A stretch of 64,000 nucleotides of DNA from an uncultured Candidatus Saccharibacteria bacterium (GCA_964594155.1 CAZQLH010000002.1:44324-108323); one strand, 5' to 3'; shown: positions 28,798-39,629, counted from the first letter of the stretch. Program-made: numbers and translations. The notes: generated from the sequence alone by a model not told the origin.

Positions 28798-31230
28798 CTA
28801 AATACACGCTACAGAAGCCACCTTGTCTCCTTTTTTCATCTGCATAATCTTAACGCCCTGAGTAGCTCTGCCTAAGCTTGAAATATCCTTGAGTTTGGTT
28901 TTAATTATTTGTCCTTTTTTAGAAATAGCAATTAGATTCTCTATTTCATTATTCAATATCTGGCTGGCAATGATATTCCCGGTCTTATCAGTAATTTTAG
29001 CTGTCTTGATTCCTATGCCGCCTCTTTTTTGCATCTTGTAATGTTTTAAATCAGTTCTTTTGCCATAACCATTTTCAGTTAAGACTAATATTTTTAAATT
29101 CTTCTTTTCTACTTCTTTCATAATTACTCCCATTCTAACTAGTTTATCGCCTTTTCTTAAATTAATTCCTTTAACTCCGGCAGCTGACCGTCCCATAGGC
29201 CTAACATCGCTTTCTTTGAATCTAATGCTCTGGCCATGGGAAGTTATTAAAATAATTTCATCCTGGCCAGAAGTAAGCTTAGCCCATTTTAATTTATCGT
29301 CTTTTTTGAGATTAATGGCTATTAGTCCGCTTCGGCGAACATTTGCAAAATCCTCTATTTTAGTTCTTTTAATTATACCATTTTTAGTTGTCATAACCAA
29401 ATACTTGGTCTGATTGTTTTTAGCAACATTAAGAATAGCAGTAATTTTTTCTTGAGGGCTTAATTGCAGAATATTGACAATTGCCTGTCCGCGCGCCACT
29501 CGACTAGCTTCAGGAAGCTCATAGGCCTTGGCTTGAAAAATACGCCCTTGATCAGTAAAAAACAAAACATCATCATGGGTTGAAGCCGGTAAAAAGTGGC
29601 CAACTGCGTCTTCTTCCCGCGGAGTAATGCCGATAATTCCTTTACCGCCTCTTTTTTGAGCCCGATAAGCTTGAGGATTAACTCTTTTAATATAGCCGCC
29701 CTGGGTTAAGATAATAACGCATCCTTGTTCAGGAATTAATTCTTCTTCGTTTAACTGACCTACTAAACGGCTAAAAACCTTGGTTCGCCGCTGGTCACCG
29801 TATTTTTTCTTTAATTCTTTAAGATCATTCTTAATCACTGTTAGAATCTTCTTTGGATCCCTGAGCAAAGCTTGTAATTCTTTAATCAGTTTTTTCTTTT
29901 CTTTTAATTCATCTTTGATTTTCTTTTGTTCTAATCCAGCTAAAGCCTGTAATCTCATCTCTAATATGGCTGTTGTCTGGCGATCGCTAAGCTTAAACTT
30001 TTTGATCAAGTTTTTATGAGCTTGTTCGCGGGTAGAAGATTTTTTAATTGTATTAATAACCGCGTCAATATGATCAAGCGCTTTGTTTAGCCCTTCTAAA
30101 ATATGGGCTCTTTCTTTAGCTTGCTTTAATTCAAACTTGGTTTTCCGAGTAACCACTTCCTGGCGATGTTTAATATATTCTTCTAAGAAACTGACTAAAG
30201 ATAAAACCTGCGGTTGAATGCCATTAACTAAAGCCAGCATATTCATATGAAAGCTTTTTTGCAGATCAGTTAGCTTAAAAAGCTGGTTAAGGACTTTCTT
30301 GGGATAAGCATCGTTCTTTAATTCAATAACAATCCTAACTCCGTCCCTGTCTGATTCATCGCGAAGATCTCTTATTCCTTGAATTTTTTTATCTTTAACA
30401 AAATCAGCTATTTTAGAAATCAAAGCTGCTTTGTTAACCCCATAAACCATTTCATTAACGATAATCTGGAATTTATTTGCTTTGGTTTCAACAATCTCTG
30501 TTTTAGCTCTTATTACAATCGGACCCTTGCCAGAACTATATGCTTGAATCATTCCCTTGCGGTCATAAATCTCTCCGCCAGTAGGAAAATCTGGCCCTTT
30601 GATAAATTGAAAAAGATCTTTTACTGTTGCTTTAGGATGGCTAATTAAATAAATAATCGCGTCAATTAATTCGCCTAAATTATGAGGCGGGATATTAGTG
30701 GCCATTCCCACAGCAATTCCAAAAGCGCCGTTCATAAGCAATTGAGGCAGCTTGCTTGGCAGAACAACTGGTTCTTGGCGAGTGCCGTCATAATTATCAA
30801 CCCAATTTACTGTTTCTTTTTCAATGTCAAAAAGCATTTCTTCAGCTATTTGCATTAAACGGGCTTCAGTATATCTATAAGCAGCTGCATTGTCTCCGTC
30901 CATTGAGCCAAAATTACCTTGTCCATCAATTAAAGGATATCTTAAAGAAAAATCTTGAGCCATTCTAACTAAAGAATCATAAACAGCTGTATCTCCATGC
31001 GGATGAAATTTCTTTAAAACATCGCCAACTACGCCAGCGCATTTTGAATACTTGTTGCTGTGCCGAAGACCAGCTTCCCACATAGCATATAAAATACGGC
31101 GATGGACTGGTTTTAGCCCATCACGAACATCTGGCAGAGCCCGAGCAATAATTACGCTCATAGCGTAATCTATGTAAGACTCTTTCATTTCTTTGGTAAT
31201 TGAACGTTTTTTAACCTGACCTATTTCCAT
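28798..31230 (-). CDS. gyrA: DNA gyrase subunit A
   Basis: [29 protein letters not shown], the active-site Tyr region and C-terminal beta-pinwheel repeats. Confidence 0.9.
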   Translation of the reverse strand: MEIGQVKKRSITKEMKESYIDYAMSVIIARALPDVRDGLKPVHRRILYAMWEAGLRHSNKYSKCAGVVGDVLKKFHPHGDTAVYDSLVRMAQDFSLRYPLIDGQGNFGSMDGDNAAAYRYTEARLMQIAEEMLFDIEKETVNWVDNYDGTRQEPVVLPSKLPQLLMNGAFGIAVGMATNIPPHNLGELIDAIIYLISHPKATVKDLFQFIKGPDFPTGGEIYDRKGMIQAYSSGKGPIVIRAKTEIVETKANKFQIIVNEMVYGVNKAALISKIADFVKDKKIQGIRDLRDESDRDGVRIVIELKNDAYPKKVLNQLFKLTDLQKSFHMNMLALVNGIQPQVLSLVSFLEEYIKHRQEVVTRKTKFELKQAKERAHILEGLNKALDHIDAVINTIKKSSTREQAHKNLIKKFKLSDRQTTAILEMRLQALAGLEQKKIKDELKEKKKLIKELQALLRDPKKILTVIKNDLKELKKKYGDQRRTKVFSRLVGQLNEEELIPEQGCVIILTQGGYIKRVNPQAYRAQKRGGKGIIGITPREEDAVGHFLPASTHDDVLFFTDQGRIFQAKAYELPEASRVARGQAIVNILQLSPQEKITAILNVAKNNQTKYLVMTTKNGIIKRTKIEDFANVRRSGLIAINLKKDDKLKWAKLTSGQDEIILITSHGQSIRFKESDVRPMGRSAAGVKGINLRKGDKLVRMGVIMKEVEKKNLKILVLTENGYGKRTDLKHYKMQKRGGIGIKTAKITDKTGNIIASQILNNEIENLIAISKKGQIIKTKLKDISSLGRATQGVKIMQMKKGDKVASVACI

Positions 31231-31240
31231 ACAATTAGCT

Positions 31241-31603
31241 TTAATTGCTTAAAGGCAACTTAGCTGGTTTGATTGTTTCTGTCTCTTTTAAAATAATGTT
31301 TTCTGGTTGATTTGATTTAGCTGGGATTTTCAATTGTTCTAATTCCTGGTCTAATCCCTCTTCAAAAAAAACGCCAAAAATATCTTTAAGCGCCTCTTTT
31401 AAAGATGGGATTTCGATTTCTTTTTTAGCTCTGGCTAATGATTGATCAATCTCTCCGCTAATACTTGCTTTCTGGTTTTCAAAAGAGGTCACCCACAGAG
31501 AAACAATAATTAGCATGGAAATAAAAACAGAGAGCCATAAAATCTGGACGCGGACATGACGGGGTTTTTGTTGGATTTTTTCTATAAAATCAATTAAAGA
31601 CAT
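31241..31603 (-). CDS. Hypothetical single-TM protein
   Basis: 120-aa ORF with a TM helix near the N-terminus. Confidence 0.4.
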   Translation of the reverse strand: MSLIDFIEKIQQKPRHVRVQILWLSVFISMLIIVSLWVTSFENQKASISGEIDQSLARAKKEIEIPSLKEALKDIFGVFFEEGLDQELEQLKIPAKSNQPENIILKETETIKPAKLPLSN

Positions 31604-31607
31604 TTTA

Positions 31608-32252
31608 TTATAGTTTAAATATTACTACTTCCATTTCTTTATTAACCAAATCATTCTTTTTAATGGTTAATTTATCAACTGGCGCTTTGCCATTCAATCC
31701 CATTTCTTTTAAAAAATCCTTAACATCAGCTAAGTTAATTTTCAATCCAGGCAGATTATAATGCATTGGAATTATTATATTTGGCTCAAGCTGTTTAACT
31801 ATTTTAAATGCTTTCCGAGCTCCAATAGTATAAGTTCCGCCAACTGGAATCATTAAAATATCCACTTGGCCAATTGTTTCTAATTGCTTGTCAGTTAATT
31901 TTTCCTGCCCAAAGTCGCCTAAGTGGCAAACTCTAATTTTATCCATTTTTATTAAATAAATAATATTGATTCCCCTGTCTTCCCCTTTTTTTTCATCATG
32001 AAAACTAGAACAGCCATTAATGCTAATTCCCTTGACTTCATATTCGCCAGGGCCATTAATCACAAAAGGTTCGCCAGTAACTGTTTTAATATTATTATGA
32101 TCATCGTGATCATGAGAAACAACTACAATATCAGCGCTAACTCTTGGTGGATTTAAGCCAATTTTTTTATCAAAAGGGTCTGTAATAATAGTTAAGTGGC
32201 CACCCTGATTAGAAATTCTAAAACAAGAATGACCATACCAAGATATTGTCAT
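31608..32252 (-). CDS. MBL-fold metal-dependent hydrolase (UPF0173-like)
   Basis: ISWYGHSCF and VVVSHDHDDH motifs. Confidence 0.7.
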   Translation of the reverse strand: MTISWYGHSCFRISNQGGHLTIITDPFDKKIGLNPPRVSADIVVVSHDHDDHNNIKTVTGEPFVINGPGEYEVKGISINGCSSFHDEKKGEDRGINIIYLIKMDKIRVCHLGDFGQEKLTDKQLETIGQVDILMIPVGGTYTIGARKAFKIVKQLEPNIIIPMHYNLPGLKINLADVKDFLKEMGLNGKAPVDKLTIKKNDLVNKEMEVVIFKL

Positions 32253-32318
32253 ATAATTCTATTTTATCACATCTTTCCCCTCTTGCCAAGTTTAAAATCT
32301 TCAGTTATACTGTGTTCT

Positions 32319-33374
32319 ATGACTGCTAAAAAAGAAACAAAATCAAACGCTCCTCTTTTACCTCAGGTTGGAGATATTATTAAAGGACGGATTATTAAAA
32401 TAAGCAAAAACGAACTTATTTTAGAATTAGGCCCTATAGGAACAGGCATTATTTACGGCGCTGAATTAAGAGAAAACAAAGATATGATCAAGGATTTAAA
32501 AATCAAAGATACAATTTCTGCTTTGGTTTTAGATCAAGAAAATGAAGACGGATATACCGAACTTTCTCTTAAAGAAGCTAATTTAGAAAAATCCTGGACT
32601 GATCTTAGAGATAAAAAAGAAAAAAATCAACCAGTGATTGTTAAAGTGATTGAAGCTAATCGAGGAGGTTTAGTTATCAGATTATCAAGTATTATTGGTT
32701 TCCTTCCTGTGTCTCAATTGTCTTCACAGAATTATCCTCGGGTAGAAGGCGGAGATAAAAACAAAATCCTCAAACATCTCAGTAATTTCATTGGTAAAGA
32801 AATGGAAGTTAAGATTATCAGCTTAGATAAAAAAACAGAAAAATTAGTTGTTTCTGAAAAAGCCCTTCAAGAAAAAGAAATGGAAGAAAGTTTAAAAAAC
32901 TACAAAAAAGGAGATATTGTCAAGGGAACAGTCACTGCATTAACTAACTTTGGCGCTTTTATCAAGTTTAATGACAATTTAGAAGGATTAGTCCATATTT
33001 CTGAACTGGACTGGAAAATTATTGATCATCCCAGTCAAATTCTTAAAGAAAACGAAAAAGTCAAAACTCAAATTATTGATATTCAAAATGGACAGGTATC
33101 TCTTTCTTTGCGAGCCCTTAAAAAAGATCCTTGGGAAAATATTGAAAAAAAGTATAAAAATGAACAAATAGTTAAAGGAAAAGTGATTAAATTTAGTTCT
33201 TCAGGCGCTTTTGTTGAAATAGATAAAGGAATCAATGGTTTAGTTCATTCTTCAGAATTTTCTAAACAAAACAAACAAATGGAAGATATTCTAAAGATAA
33301 ACAAATCATATGATTTTAAAATTCTATCATTAATTCCTTCATTGCACAAAATGTCTTTAGGGTTAAATAACTGA
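32319..33374 (+). CDS. rpsA: 30S ribosomal protein S1 (short, four S1 domains)
   Basis: Repeated S1-domain signatures (GDIIKGRI..., GDIVKGTVTALTNFGAFIKF...GLVHISEL). The ATG at 32319 is in frame with the track ORF. Confidence 0.7.
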   Translation: MTAKKETKSNAPLLPQVGDIIKGRIIKISKNELILELGPIGTGIIYGAELRENKDMIKDLKIKDTISALVLDQENEDGYTELSLKEANLEKSWTDLRDKKEKNQPVIVKVIEANRGGLVIRLSSIIGFLPVSQLSSQNYPRVEGGDKNKILKHLSNFIGKEMEVKIISLDKKTEKLVVSEKALQEKEMEESLKNYKKGDIVKGTVTALTNFGAFIKFNDNLEGLVHISELDWKIIDHPSQILKENEKVKTQIIDIQNGQVSLSLRALKKDPWENIEKKYKNEQIVKGKVIKFSSSGAFVEIDKGINGLVHSSEFSKQNKQMEDILKINKSYDFKILSLIPSLHKMSLGLNN

Positions 33375-33385
33375 TTAAATAACTA

Positions 33386-35209
33386 ATGAAATATCTACTT
33401 AAAAACTTGCTTATTGTTTTTCTGGTTTTTTTAAGTATTGCCGGTTTTTTTGCTTTGCTTAATGACCCAACTGAAAAATCAAAAGAAATATCTTTAAATC
33501 AATTGGTTGAACAAATCAATCAGGAAAAAGTATCAAACATAGTTATTCAAGACAATAAACTGCAAATTGAATTAAAAGACGGCGCTAAAGAAATAGCTAT
33601 CAAAGAAAAGGAAACTTCTTTGACTGAATCACTGAAAAATTACAATCTTGATCCAGAAAAGCTTAAAATGGTTAACTTGGAAATAAAAAAGGAAAGCGAA
33701 TTGGTTTTCTGGCTAGGAACTGTTCTGCCTTTTCTTTTTCCTTTAATCATTATTGGTTTTTTCTTCTGGTTTATGTTTCGCGGAGCTCAACAAGGACAAA
33801 TGAAAGCCTTTACTTTTGGCCGTTCTAGAGCTCGCTTGGTTGATCCTAAGGATAAGAAAAACAAAGTTACTTTTAAGGATGTGGCTGGCTTAAAAGAAGC
33901 CAAGGAAGAGCTTTTTGAAATAGTTGATTTCTTAAAAAACCCAAAGAAATTTATTAACCTGGGAGCTAAAATCCCTAAGGGCGTTTTATTAGTTGGCGCG
34001 CCTGGAACAGGCAAAACTCTTTTAGCCAGAGCTATTGCTTCTGAAGCTAATGTTCCTTTTTTTAGCGTTTCTGGTTCAGAATTCGTAGAAATGTTTGTAG
34101 GAGTTGGAAGCTCTAGAACAAGAGATCTTTTTCAAACCGCTAAAAAGCATGCTCCAGCTTTAATCTTTATTGATGAATTGGACGCTATTGGCCGCCAGCG
34201 AGGAGCTGGTTTAGGCGGCGGGCATGATGAAAGAGAACAAACTCTTAATCAGATCTTAGTGGAAATGGACGGCTTTGATCCAAATACTGGAATTATTCTT
34301 TTAGCAGCTACTAACCGGCCTGATGTTCTTGATCCAGCTTTATTAAGACCAGGGCGTTTTGACAGAAAAGTTACTTTAGATTTGCCTGATTTAAAAGATC
34401 GTAAAGAAATTTTAAAAATTCATGCTAAAGGCAAGCCATTAGGAAGTAATGTTAATTTCCAGGAAATCGCTGAAAGAACACCTGGTTTTTCTGGCGCTGA
34501 TCTAGCTAATCTAGTTAATGAAGCAGCTATTTTAACTGCTCGCAGAAATAAGCAAAAAGTAAGCCAAGATGAATTAAGAGAATGCATTGAAAAAGTTCTT
34601 TTAGGCCCAGAAAGAAAAAGCCATATCTTATCTAAAAAAGAAAAAGAAATTGCTGCTTTTCATGAAGCAGGACATGCTTTAACAGCTGCTTCATTGCCTA
34701 ATGTTGATCCAGTTCAAAAAATCTCCATTATTTCCCGCGGGATGGCTGCTGGTTATACTCTTAAGCTTCCTACTGAAGATAAGCACTTTCACAGCCGCTC
34801 TGAATTCATAGATGAATTAGTTGTTCTTTTAGGCGGCTATACAGCTGAAAAAATAGTTTTTAATGAATTAACTACTGGCGCTTCCAGTGATCTGCAAAAA
34901 GCTACTCATCTAGCTCACACATTAATTACTAAATACGGAATGAGTGAAAAATTAGGCCCAAGAACTTTTGGCAGAAAAGAAGAAATGGTTTTCTTAGGCA
35001 AAGAAATTACTACTGAAAAAAATTATTCTGAAGAAATAGCTGCTAAAATTGACAAGGAAGTGACTAAATTAACTAATACTGCCTTTAAAACTGCTAAAAC
35101 TATTCTTAATAAAAAAAGAAAGAAATTAGATCAAATTGCCCAAGTATTAATTAAAAAAGAAACTATTGAAAGAAAACAATTTGAAAGGTTGATGAAAAAG
35201 AAAATTTAG
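33386..35209 (+). CDS. ftsH: ATP-dependent zinc metalloprotease FtsH
   Basis: Two TM segments, AAA+ Walker [12 protein letters not shown] and HEAGHAL. Confidence 0.9.
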   Translation: MKYLLKNLLIVFLVFLSIAGFFALLNDPTEKSKEISLNQLVEQINQEKVSNIVIQDNKLQIELKDGAKEIAIKEKETSLTESLKNYNLDPEKLKMVNLEIKKESELVFWLGTVLPFLFPLIIIGFFFWFMFRGAQQGQMKAFTFGRSRARLVDPKDKKNKVTFKDVAGLKEAKEELFEIVDFLKNPKKFINLGAKIPKGVLLVGAPGTGKTLLARAIASEANVPFFSVSGSEFVEMFVGVGSSRTRDLFQTAKKHAPALIFIDELDAIGRQRGAGLGGGHDEREQTLNQILVEMDGFDPNTGIILLAATNRPDVLDPALLRPGRFDRKVTLDLPDLKDRKEILKIHAKGKPLGSNVNFQEIAERTPGFSGADLANLVNEAAILTARRNKQKVSQDELRECIEKVLLGPERKSHILSKKEKEIAAFHEAGHALTAASLPNVDPVQKISIISRGMAAGYTLKLPTEDKHFHSRSEFIDELVVLLGGYTAEKIVFNELTTGASSDLQKATHLAHTLITKYGMSEKLGPRTFGRKEEMVFLGKEITTEKNYSEEIAAKIDKEVTKLTNTAFKTAKTILNKKRKKLDQIAQVLIKKETIERKQFERLMKKKI

Positions 35210-35250
35210 GGTATAATAAACAATCCGCCTACGCCCTATGGGCTTCGGCG

Positions 35251-35298
35251 GGACGCTAAATTTATTATCAAAATTAAAATTTTGAATAAATTTGCGGG
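35251..35298 (+). promoter_or_regulatory. Conserved 48-nt tRNA-upstream element, copy 1 (identical to 36890-36937), preceded by a GC hairpin
   Basis: ggacgctaaatttattatcaaaattaaaattttgaataaatttgcggg is identical at both sites. It contains TTGAAT and TAAATT promoter-like hexamers. Confidence 0.5.
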
Positions 35299-35370
35299 CG
35301 CGTAGCTCAGTGGCAGTAGCACCTAGCTTATATCTAGGCGGTCGGGGGTTCGAATCCCTTCGCGCCCACC
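35296..35370 (+). tRNA. tRNA-Ile (anticodon TAT), AUA-decoding type
   Basis: Acceptor GGGCGCG/CGCGCCC, anticodon stem CCTAG/CTAGG with loop CTTATAT and GTTCGAAT. The D stem has one mismatch. Confidence 0.55.
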
Positions 35371-35528
35371 TTTCGACTCCGTTCGTCGCTTATACGACTC
35401 ACTTCGCTCAGGGTGTTCCACCTGCTTTTAGTCTCAAAATCTTTTAAAAGAAAAGGAGACGAAGGCCCTGAGTGGAGCGAACCCCGAGTTAATCGAGGGG
35501 GAGCGAAATCGAAGGGAATAAAAACACA

Positions 35529-35789
35529 ATGCAATATTTCATTTATTTAGCACGATGTAGTGACAAATCACTATACATAGGATCATGCACAGACATTAAA
35601 TCAAGAGAGATAAAACACAATAAAGGAGACGGAGCTCAATATACTAGACAAAGACGTCCAATAAAAATTATCTATTTTGAAGAATACAATACACTAATTA
35701 AAGCTAGAAGAAGAGAAGCGCAGATTAAAAGATGGACAAGAATTAAAAAAGAAAATTTGATAAAATATGGTCACCCGACCAAATTTTAA
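35529..35789 (+). CDS. GIY-YIG nuclease domain protein (86 aa, nuclease domain only)
   Basis: YFIYLARCSDKSLYIGSCTD...R...HN matches the GIY-x10-YIG core with the downstream Arg and His/Asn. Confidence 0.65.
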   Translation: MQYFIYLARCSDKSLYIGSCTDIKSREIKHNKGDGAQYTRQRRPIKIIYFEEYNTLIKARRREAQIKRWTRIKKENLIKYGHPTKF

Positions 35790-35799
35790 TAAAATTCAA

Positions 35800-35875
35800 G
35801 GGCGATTGGCGCAGTCGGTTAGCGCGCGTCGTTGACATCGACGAGGTCACTGGTTCGAATCCAGTATCGCCCACT
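35800..35875 (+). tRNA. tRNA-Val (anticodon GAC)
   Basis: Acceptor GGGCGAT/ATCGCCC, anticodon stem CGTCG/CGACG with loop TTGACAT and GTTCGAAT. Confidence 0.8.
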
Positions 35876-35920
35876 AAGATTATATCGTAAGATATATTTT
35901 TTATATATCTCAATACACAT

Positions 35921-36772
35921 ATGAAAAAACAAAAAATTGGTTTTATAGGCCAAGGATGGATCGGCAAAAACTACGCTGATAATTTCAAGAATAGAGGTTA
36001 TCAGGTTGTAAGGTATGCCAAAGAGCCAAAGTATGTAAAGAATAAGAATAAAATTAAGGATTGCGATATTGTTTTCGTAGCTGTGCCTACTCCAACTTGC
36101 GAAAACAAATTTGACGTCTCTATCCTAGAACAAGCATTATCTGTGGTCGGAGAAAGTAAAATAGCAATTATTAAATCTACTGTAATCCCAGGTACTACAA
36201 AAAAACTACAAAAGAAATATCCTAAAAAGATAATTCTGCATTCTCCTGAATTCTTAACTGAAGCTACTGCCCGCTATGACGCTGATCATCCTAAAAGAAA
36301 CATTATTGGATATGTTAATGAAAAAGGCAGAATAGCAGCTAACAAAGTAATGAAGGTTTTGCCAGAAGCTCCTTACAAATCAATTTTGCCAGTCAAAACA
36401 GCTGAATTAGTAAAATATGCTGGAAATTGCTGGTTTTATCTCAAAGTTATTTATATCAATCTTATCTATGACTTAGCTGAAAAAATGGATGTTGACTACG
36501 AAACAGTAAAGGAAGCTATAAGCTATGATCCAAGAATAGGTTTTACTCATTTGGATCCTATTCATAAATCAGGCAGAGGCGCAGGCGGTAATTGCTTTAT
36601 TAAAGATTTCGCTGCTTTTGCCCAAATGTACAAAAAACTAAATCCAAAAGATAAAAAAGGAAATAACTTTCTTAAAAAAGCTCAAGAAAAAAACATAGAA
36701 TTATTGCTTCAGTCTAAAAAAGATTTAGAATTACTGAAAGGAGTTTACGGAAAAGACGTTATGAAGAAATAA
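35921..36772 (+). CDS. Nucleotide-sugar dehydrogenase-like protein (UDP-glucose/GDP-mannose dehydrogenase N-terminal and central domains; C-terminal domain absent)
   Basis: IGFIGQGWIG Rossmann motif, VFVAVPTP, IIKSTVIPGTT and the catalytic-Cys motif GAGGNCFIKD. It is only 283 aa. Confidence 0.55.
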   Translation: MKKQKIGFIGQGWIGKNYADNFKNRGYQVVRYAKEPKYVKNKNKIKDCDIVFVAVPTPTCENKFDVSILEQALSVVGESKIAIIKSTVIPGTTKKLQKKYPKKIILHSPEFLTEATARYDADHPKRNIIGYVNEKGRIAANKVMKVLPEAPYKSILPVKTAELVKYAGNCWFYLKVIYINLIYDLAEKMDVDYETVKEAISYDPRIGFTHLDPIHKSGRGAGGNCFIKDFAAFAQMYKKLNPKDKKGNNFLKKAQEKNIELLLQSKKDLELLKGVYGKDVMKK

Positions 36773-36889
36773 AAATAGCATGGAAAACTAAAAACCGCTT
36801 GTTTAGGCGTTTTTTAGTACTTGCTTTTTACCTAAAATCCTGTTACTTTGTAACTAGCCTGTCATAGGTGGACGTTGTCCGCCAGAGGC

Positions 36890-36937
36890 GGACGCTAAAT
36901 TTATTATCAAAATTAAAATTTTGAATAAATTTGCGGG
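36890..36937 (+). promoter_or_regulatory. Conserved 48-nt tRNA-upstream element, copy 2
   Basis: Identical to 35251-35298 and preceded by the hairpin gtccgcc-aga-ggcggac. Confidence 0.5.
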
Positions 36938-37009
36938 CCAGTAGCTCAGTGGTAGAGCATCTGTTTTGCAATCAGAAGGTCAAGGGTTCAATTCCCTTCT
37001 GGTCCACCA
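36935..37009 (+). tRNA. tRNA-Ala (anticodon TGC)
   Basis: Acceptor GGGCCAG/CTGGTCC with the G3-U70 identity pair, anticodon loop TTTGCAA and an encoded CCA. Confidence 0.75.
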
Positions 37010-37014
37010 TAAAT

Positions 37015-37740
37015 ATGCTTAAAATTGTTTTTGAAAATCAAGATATCCTTATTATCAACAAGCCAGCCGGATTAACAGTTCATCCAATTAAACCAGAACA
37101 AGATAATACATTAGTTAATCAATTGCTCGCCTATTATCCAGAAATTAAAAATGTTGGAGACCCTTCAACAAGTTCAGGGCAAGTAAATTTACGGCCAGGC
37201 ATTGTTCATCGCTTAGACAAAGATACTTCTGGATTAATGATGATAGCGAAGAATAATAAGGCGTTTGAATACTTAAAAAATTTATTTAAAAATAAAAAAA
37301 TTGTTAAAAAATATTTAGCTTTAGTTCATGGAAAAGTAAAAGATAAAAAAGGAACTATTGCCAAATCAATCAGCTTATCTAAAAAAGACCATCTTAAAAG
37401 AAGCGCCTTATTAGATGAAAAATCAAAACCAGCTTGGACAGAATATCAGGTTAAAAAATATTTTGATAATTACACTCTTTTAAAAGTTTATCCTAAAACA
37501 GGCCGAACCCATCAAATTAGAATTCACTTAGCTTCAATTGGGCATCCAATTACTGGAGACAAACAATACAAATTTAAAAGGCAAATTAATCCAAAAAATC
37601 TAAACAGGCAATTTCTTCATGCTTCTTACTTGAAATTCAAACTTCCTAATGGTAAGATGGCAGAATTCAAATCAAAGCTTCCTCAAGATTTAGAGGAAGT
37701 TTTACAAGGTATTAACCATTATGAGCAACAAACTAGATAA
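37015..37740 (+). CDS. RluA-family pseudouridine synthase
   Basis: [14 protein letters not shown] and the catalytic [10 protein letters not shown] motif. Confidence 0.8.
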   Translation: MLKIVFENQDILIINKPAGLTVHPIKPEQDNTLVNQLLAYYPEIKNVGDPSTSSGQVNLRPGIVHRLDKDTSGLMMIAKNNKAFEYLKNLFKNKKIVKKYLALVHGKVKDKKGTIAKSISLSKKDHLKRSALLDEKSKPAWTEYQVKKYFDNYTLLKVYPKTGRTHQIRIHLASIGHPITGDKQYKFKRQINPKNLNRQFLHASYLKFKLPNGKMAEFKSKLPQDLEEVLQGINHYEQQTR

Positions 37741-38089
37741 ATTTAATAAAAAGCAATTAAAAAAAGACCTTCCTGATATTAGAACTGGTTATACAGTCAA
37801 AGTTCATCAAAAGATTAAAGAAGGCGACAAGCAAAGAATCCAGGTCTTTGAAGGCTTAGTTATTGCTAAAAAACACGGTAATGGAATTAACGCTACTATT
37901 ACTGTTCGGAGAGTAAGCCAAGGATTTGGCGTAGAAAGAATATTTCCTATTCATGCTCCATTTATTGAAAAAATAGAAGTGGTTAAAAAACACAAAGTTA
38001 GAAGAGCTAAACTTTATTATATTAGAGATAAATCAGCTAAAGAATCTAGACTTAAAGAAATCAAGGAACCAAATAAAAAGAAGAAGTAG
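37721..38089 (+). CDS. rplS: 50S ribosomal protein L19
   Basis: [46 protein letters not shown] matches the L19 family. Confidence 0.85.
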   Translation: MSNKLDKFNKKQLKKDLPDIRTGYTVKVHQKIKEGDKQRIQVFEGLVIAKKHGNGINATITVRRVSQGFGVERIFPIHAPFIEKIEVVKKHKVRRAKLYYIRDKSAKESRLKEIKEPNKKKK

Positions 38090-38097
38090 CCAAAATA

Positions 38098-38181
38098 GCC
38101 CAGGTGGTGGAACGGTTTACACAACAGGTTGAGGGCCTGTGCTCCTCGTGAGCGTGCGGGTTCGAATCCCGCCCTGGGCAC
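38098..38181 (+). tRNA. tRNA-Leu (anticodon GAG)
   Basis: Acceptor GCCCAGG/CCTGGGC, anticodon stem ACAGG/CCTGT with loop TTGAGGG, a long variable arm and GTTCGAAT. Confidence 0.8.
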
Positions 38182-38231
38182 AAAATAAAATCGCCAATCT
38201 TTTGGCGTTTTTATTATCCCCCAAACACTCA

Positions 38232-39428
38232 TCATCTGCTAAACCTTATTTCCCCCTTTTCAAGCAGATTAAAAACAATACTGACTAAAGCAGCTAAGGC
38301 AAAAACCCATTGAATAGCAAAAGACAATGAAACAATAATAATTAAAACAGCCATTATTAACCTGCCAGACTGAAGCGCCATTTCCCTTAAAACAGTAAAT
38401 TCATCAACATAATGCCCTTGATCTGCAGCTATTTCATAAGTCAAAGCGTCAAAAGGCGTTCGCAGTAAAATATCAGTTACGCTATGATAAGCTCCAGCAA
38501 TAAAAATCTGAAAAGCGGTTGAAACAAAGATTTTAATTACCCATCCTGAAGAATAAAGCAAGGTTCCCCATTTCAAAGCTTTTTTCTTAGAAATTTTCAC
38601 ATCAATTAACTTCCCTATAACCAACTGCAAACTAACTGTAAAGCCAATGATTAAAGTAGAAATAGCTCCTACTTGAAAATAGTTTCCCTTTAAAACTTGA
38701 AAGATGAAAATTGGCCAAACAACCAAACCAACCATATTTTCTGCTCCGTCAGCCATATACACTAAAACCATTTTTCTTCTTTCTTTTGAAAAAAATTCCT
38801 GCCAGGTTTTTTTTAAGCTCCAGCTAAACTTTTCCTTGGTTCGCGGAAGAGTTAAATAAGGAATGCCAGATACTAGCCAAAGAATAATTGCAATTACAAA
38901 AAGAACATCAAAGCCAAAGCGAACGATAATAAAGCCGGAGATTATTGGAATAAATACTCCTAATATCATGCGAGTGGCGCTTAACATGCTAACCTGCCTG
39001 GCCCGAGTTTTCTTATTAGTAAATTTAGCAAAATCAACGTGAAAAGGAAGCCAATGGAATAAGCGGAAAAAAACAAGAGTAAAAATAGAAAGAGGAATTA
39101 AATAAACTAAATTATCTTTATTTATAAAATAAAAGATTGTATAAAAAAGAGCTGCTAAAATAACACTGACTTGTAATGCCCTTCTAAAACCAAATTTATT
39201 TAAAAATCTTGATCCAAAAGAAATAGTTATTCCAAAAAGAGAAAATCCTGCTGCATAATATATAACTACTGCCTGAAAATTCTGATTAAAAAGATTATAT
39301 AAAAAAATTGGGAGGAATAATCCCAAAAGAGCTGCCGAAATTAATGAAATTGTCCTACCAGTGTATAAAGAGACAAAACCGCGAGACAATGGAATATCAA
39401 AATATTTTCTTTCAAGTTTTTCTAACAT
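38232..39428 (-). CDS. MFS-type transporter
   Basis: 398 aa with roughly 12 hydrophobic segments. Confidence 0.55.
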   Translation of the reverse strand: MLEKLERKYFDIPLSRGFVSLYTGRTISLISAALLGLFLPIFLYNLFNQNFQAVVIYYAAGFSLFGITISFGSRFLNKFGFRRALQVSVILAALFYTIFYFINKDNLVYLIPLSIFTLVFFRLFHWLPFHVDFAKFTNKKTRARQVSMLSATRMILGVFIPIISGFIIVRFGFDVLFVIAIILWLVSGIPYLTLPRTKEKFSWSLKKTWQEFFSKERRKMVLVYMADGAENMVGLVVWPIFIFQVLKGNYFQVGAISTLIIGFTVSLQLVIGKLIDVKISKKKALKWGTLLYSSGWVIKIFVSTAFQIFIAGAYHSVTDILLRTPFDALTYEIAADQGHYVDEFTVLREMALQSGRLIMAVLIIIVSLSFAIQWVFALAALVSIVFNLLEKGEIRFSR

Positions 39429-39492
39429 AGATACATTGTATCATAGATCTGGATTTTTTTGAAAGTTTCTGTTAAAATACTTCAGTAATAAG

Positions 39493-39568
39493 GGCGGTTA
39501 ACTCAGCTGGCTAGAGTGTCTCGTTTACACCGAGGAAGTCGCAGGTTCGAGTCCTGCACCGCCCACCA
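39493..39568 (+). tRNA. tRNA-Val (anticodon TAC)
   Basis: Acceptor GGGCGGT/ACCGCCC, D stem ACTC/GAGT, loop TTTACAC, GTTCGAGT and an encoded CCA. Confidence 0.8.
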
Positions 39569-39570
39569 AT

Positions 39571-39608
39571 AAACAAACCCATCTATAATAGATGGATTTG
39601 TTTATTTT
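39571..39608. terminator. Long hairpin terminator (bidirectional position)
   Basis: aaacaaacccatctat-aat-agatggatttgttt followed by atttt. Confidence 0.55.
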
Positions 39609-39629
39609 AGAACAAGTTTTTAAAAAAAG

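Noticed and set aside
35371-35528. tmRNA or RNase P RNA in the GC-rich region after tRNA-Ile
   Set aside because: It lacks the tmRNA tRNA-like 3' end (...TCGATTCC...CCACCA with a tag reading frame) and the RNase P conserved blocks (GGAAAGTCCGGGCTCC / ACAGAAACCCGGCTTA). It is kept only as a structured leader or intron-remnant candidate.
35334-35534. 66-aa minus-strand ORF
   Set aside because: It reads through tRNA-Ile (the GFEPPT peptide is the translated T-arm GGTTCGAATCC) and the GC-rich leader, so it is an artefact of tRNA sequence.
38017-38235. 72-aa minus-strand ORF
   Set aside because: It overlaps tRNA-Leu(GAG) and the rplS 3' end. It contains the GFEPA tRNA signature and is not a gene.
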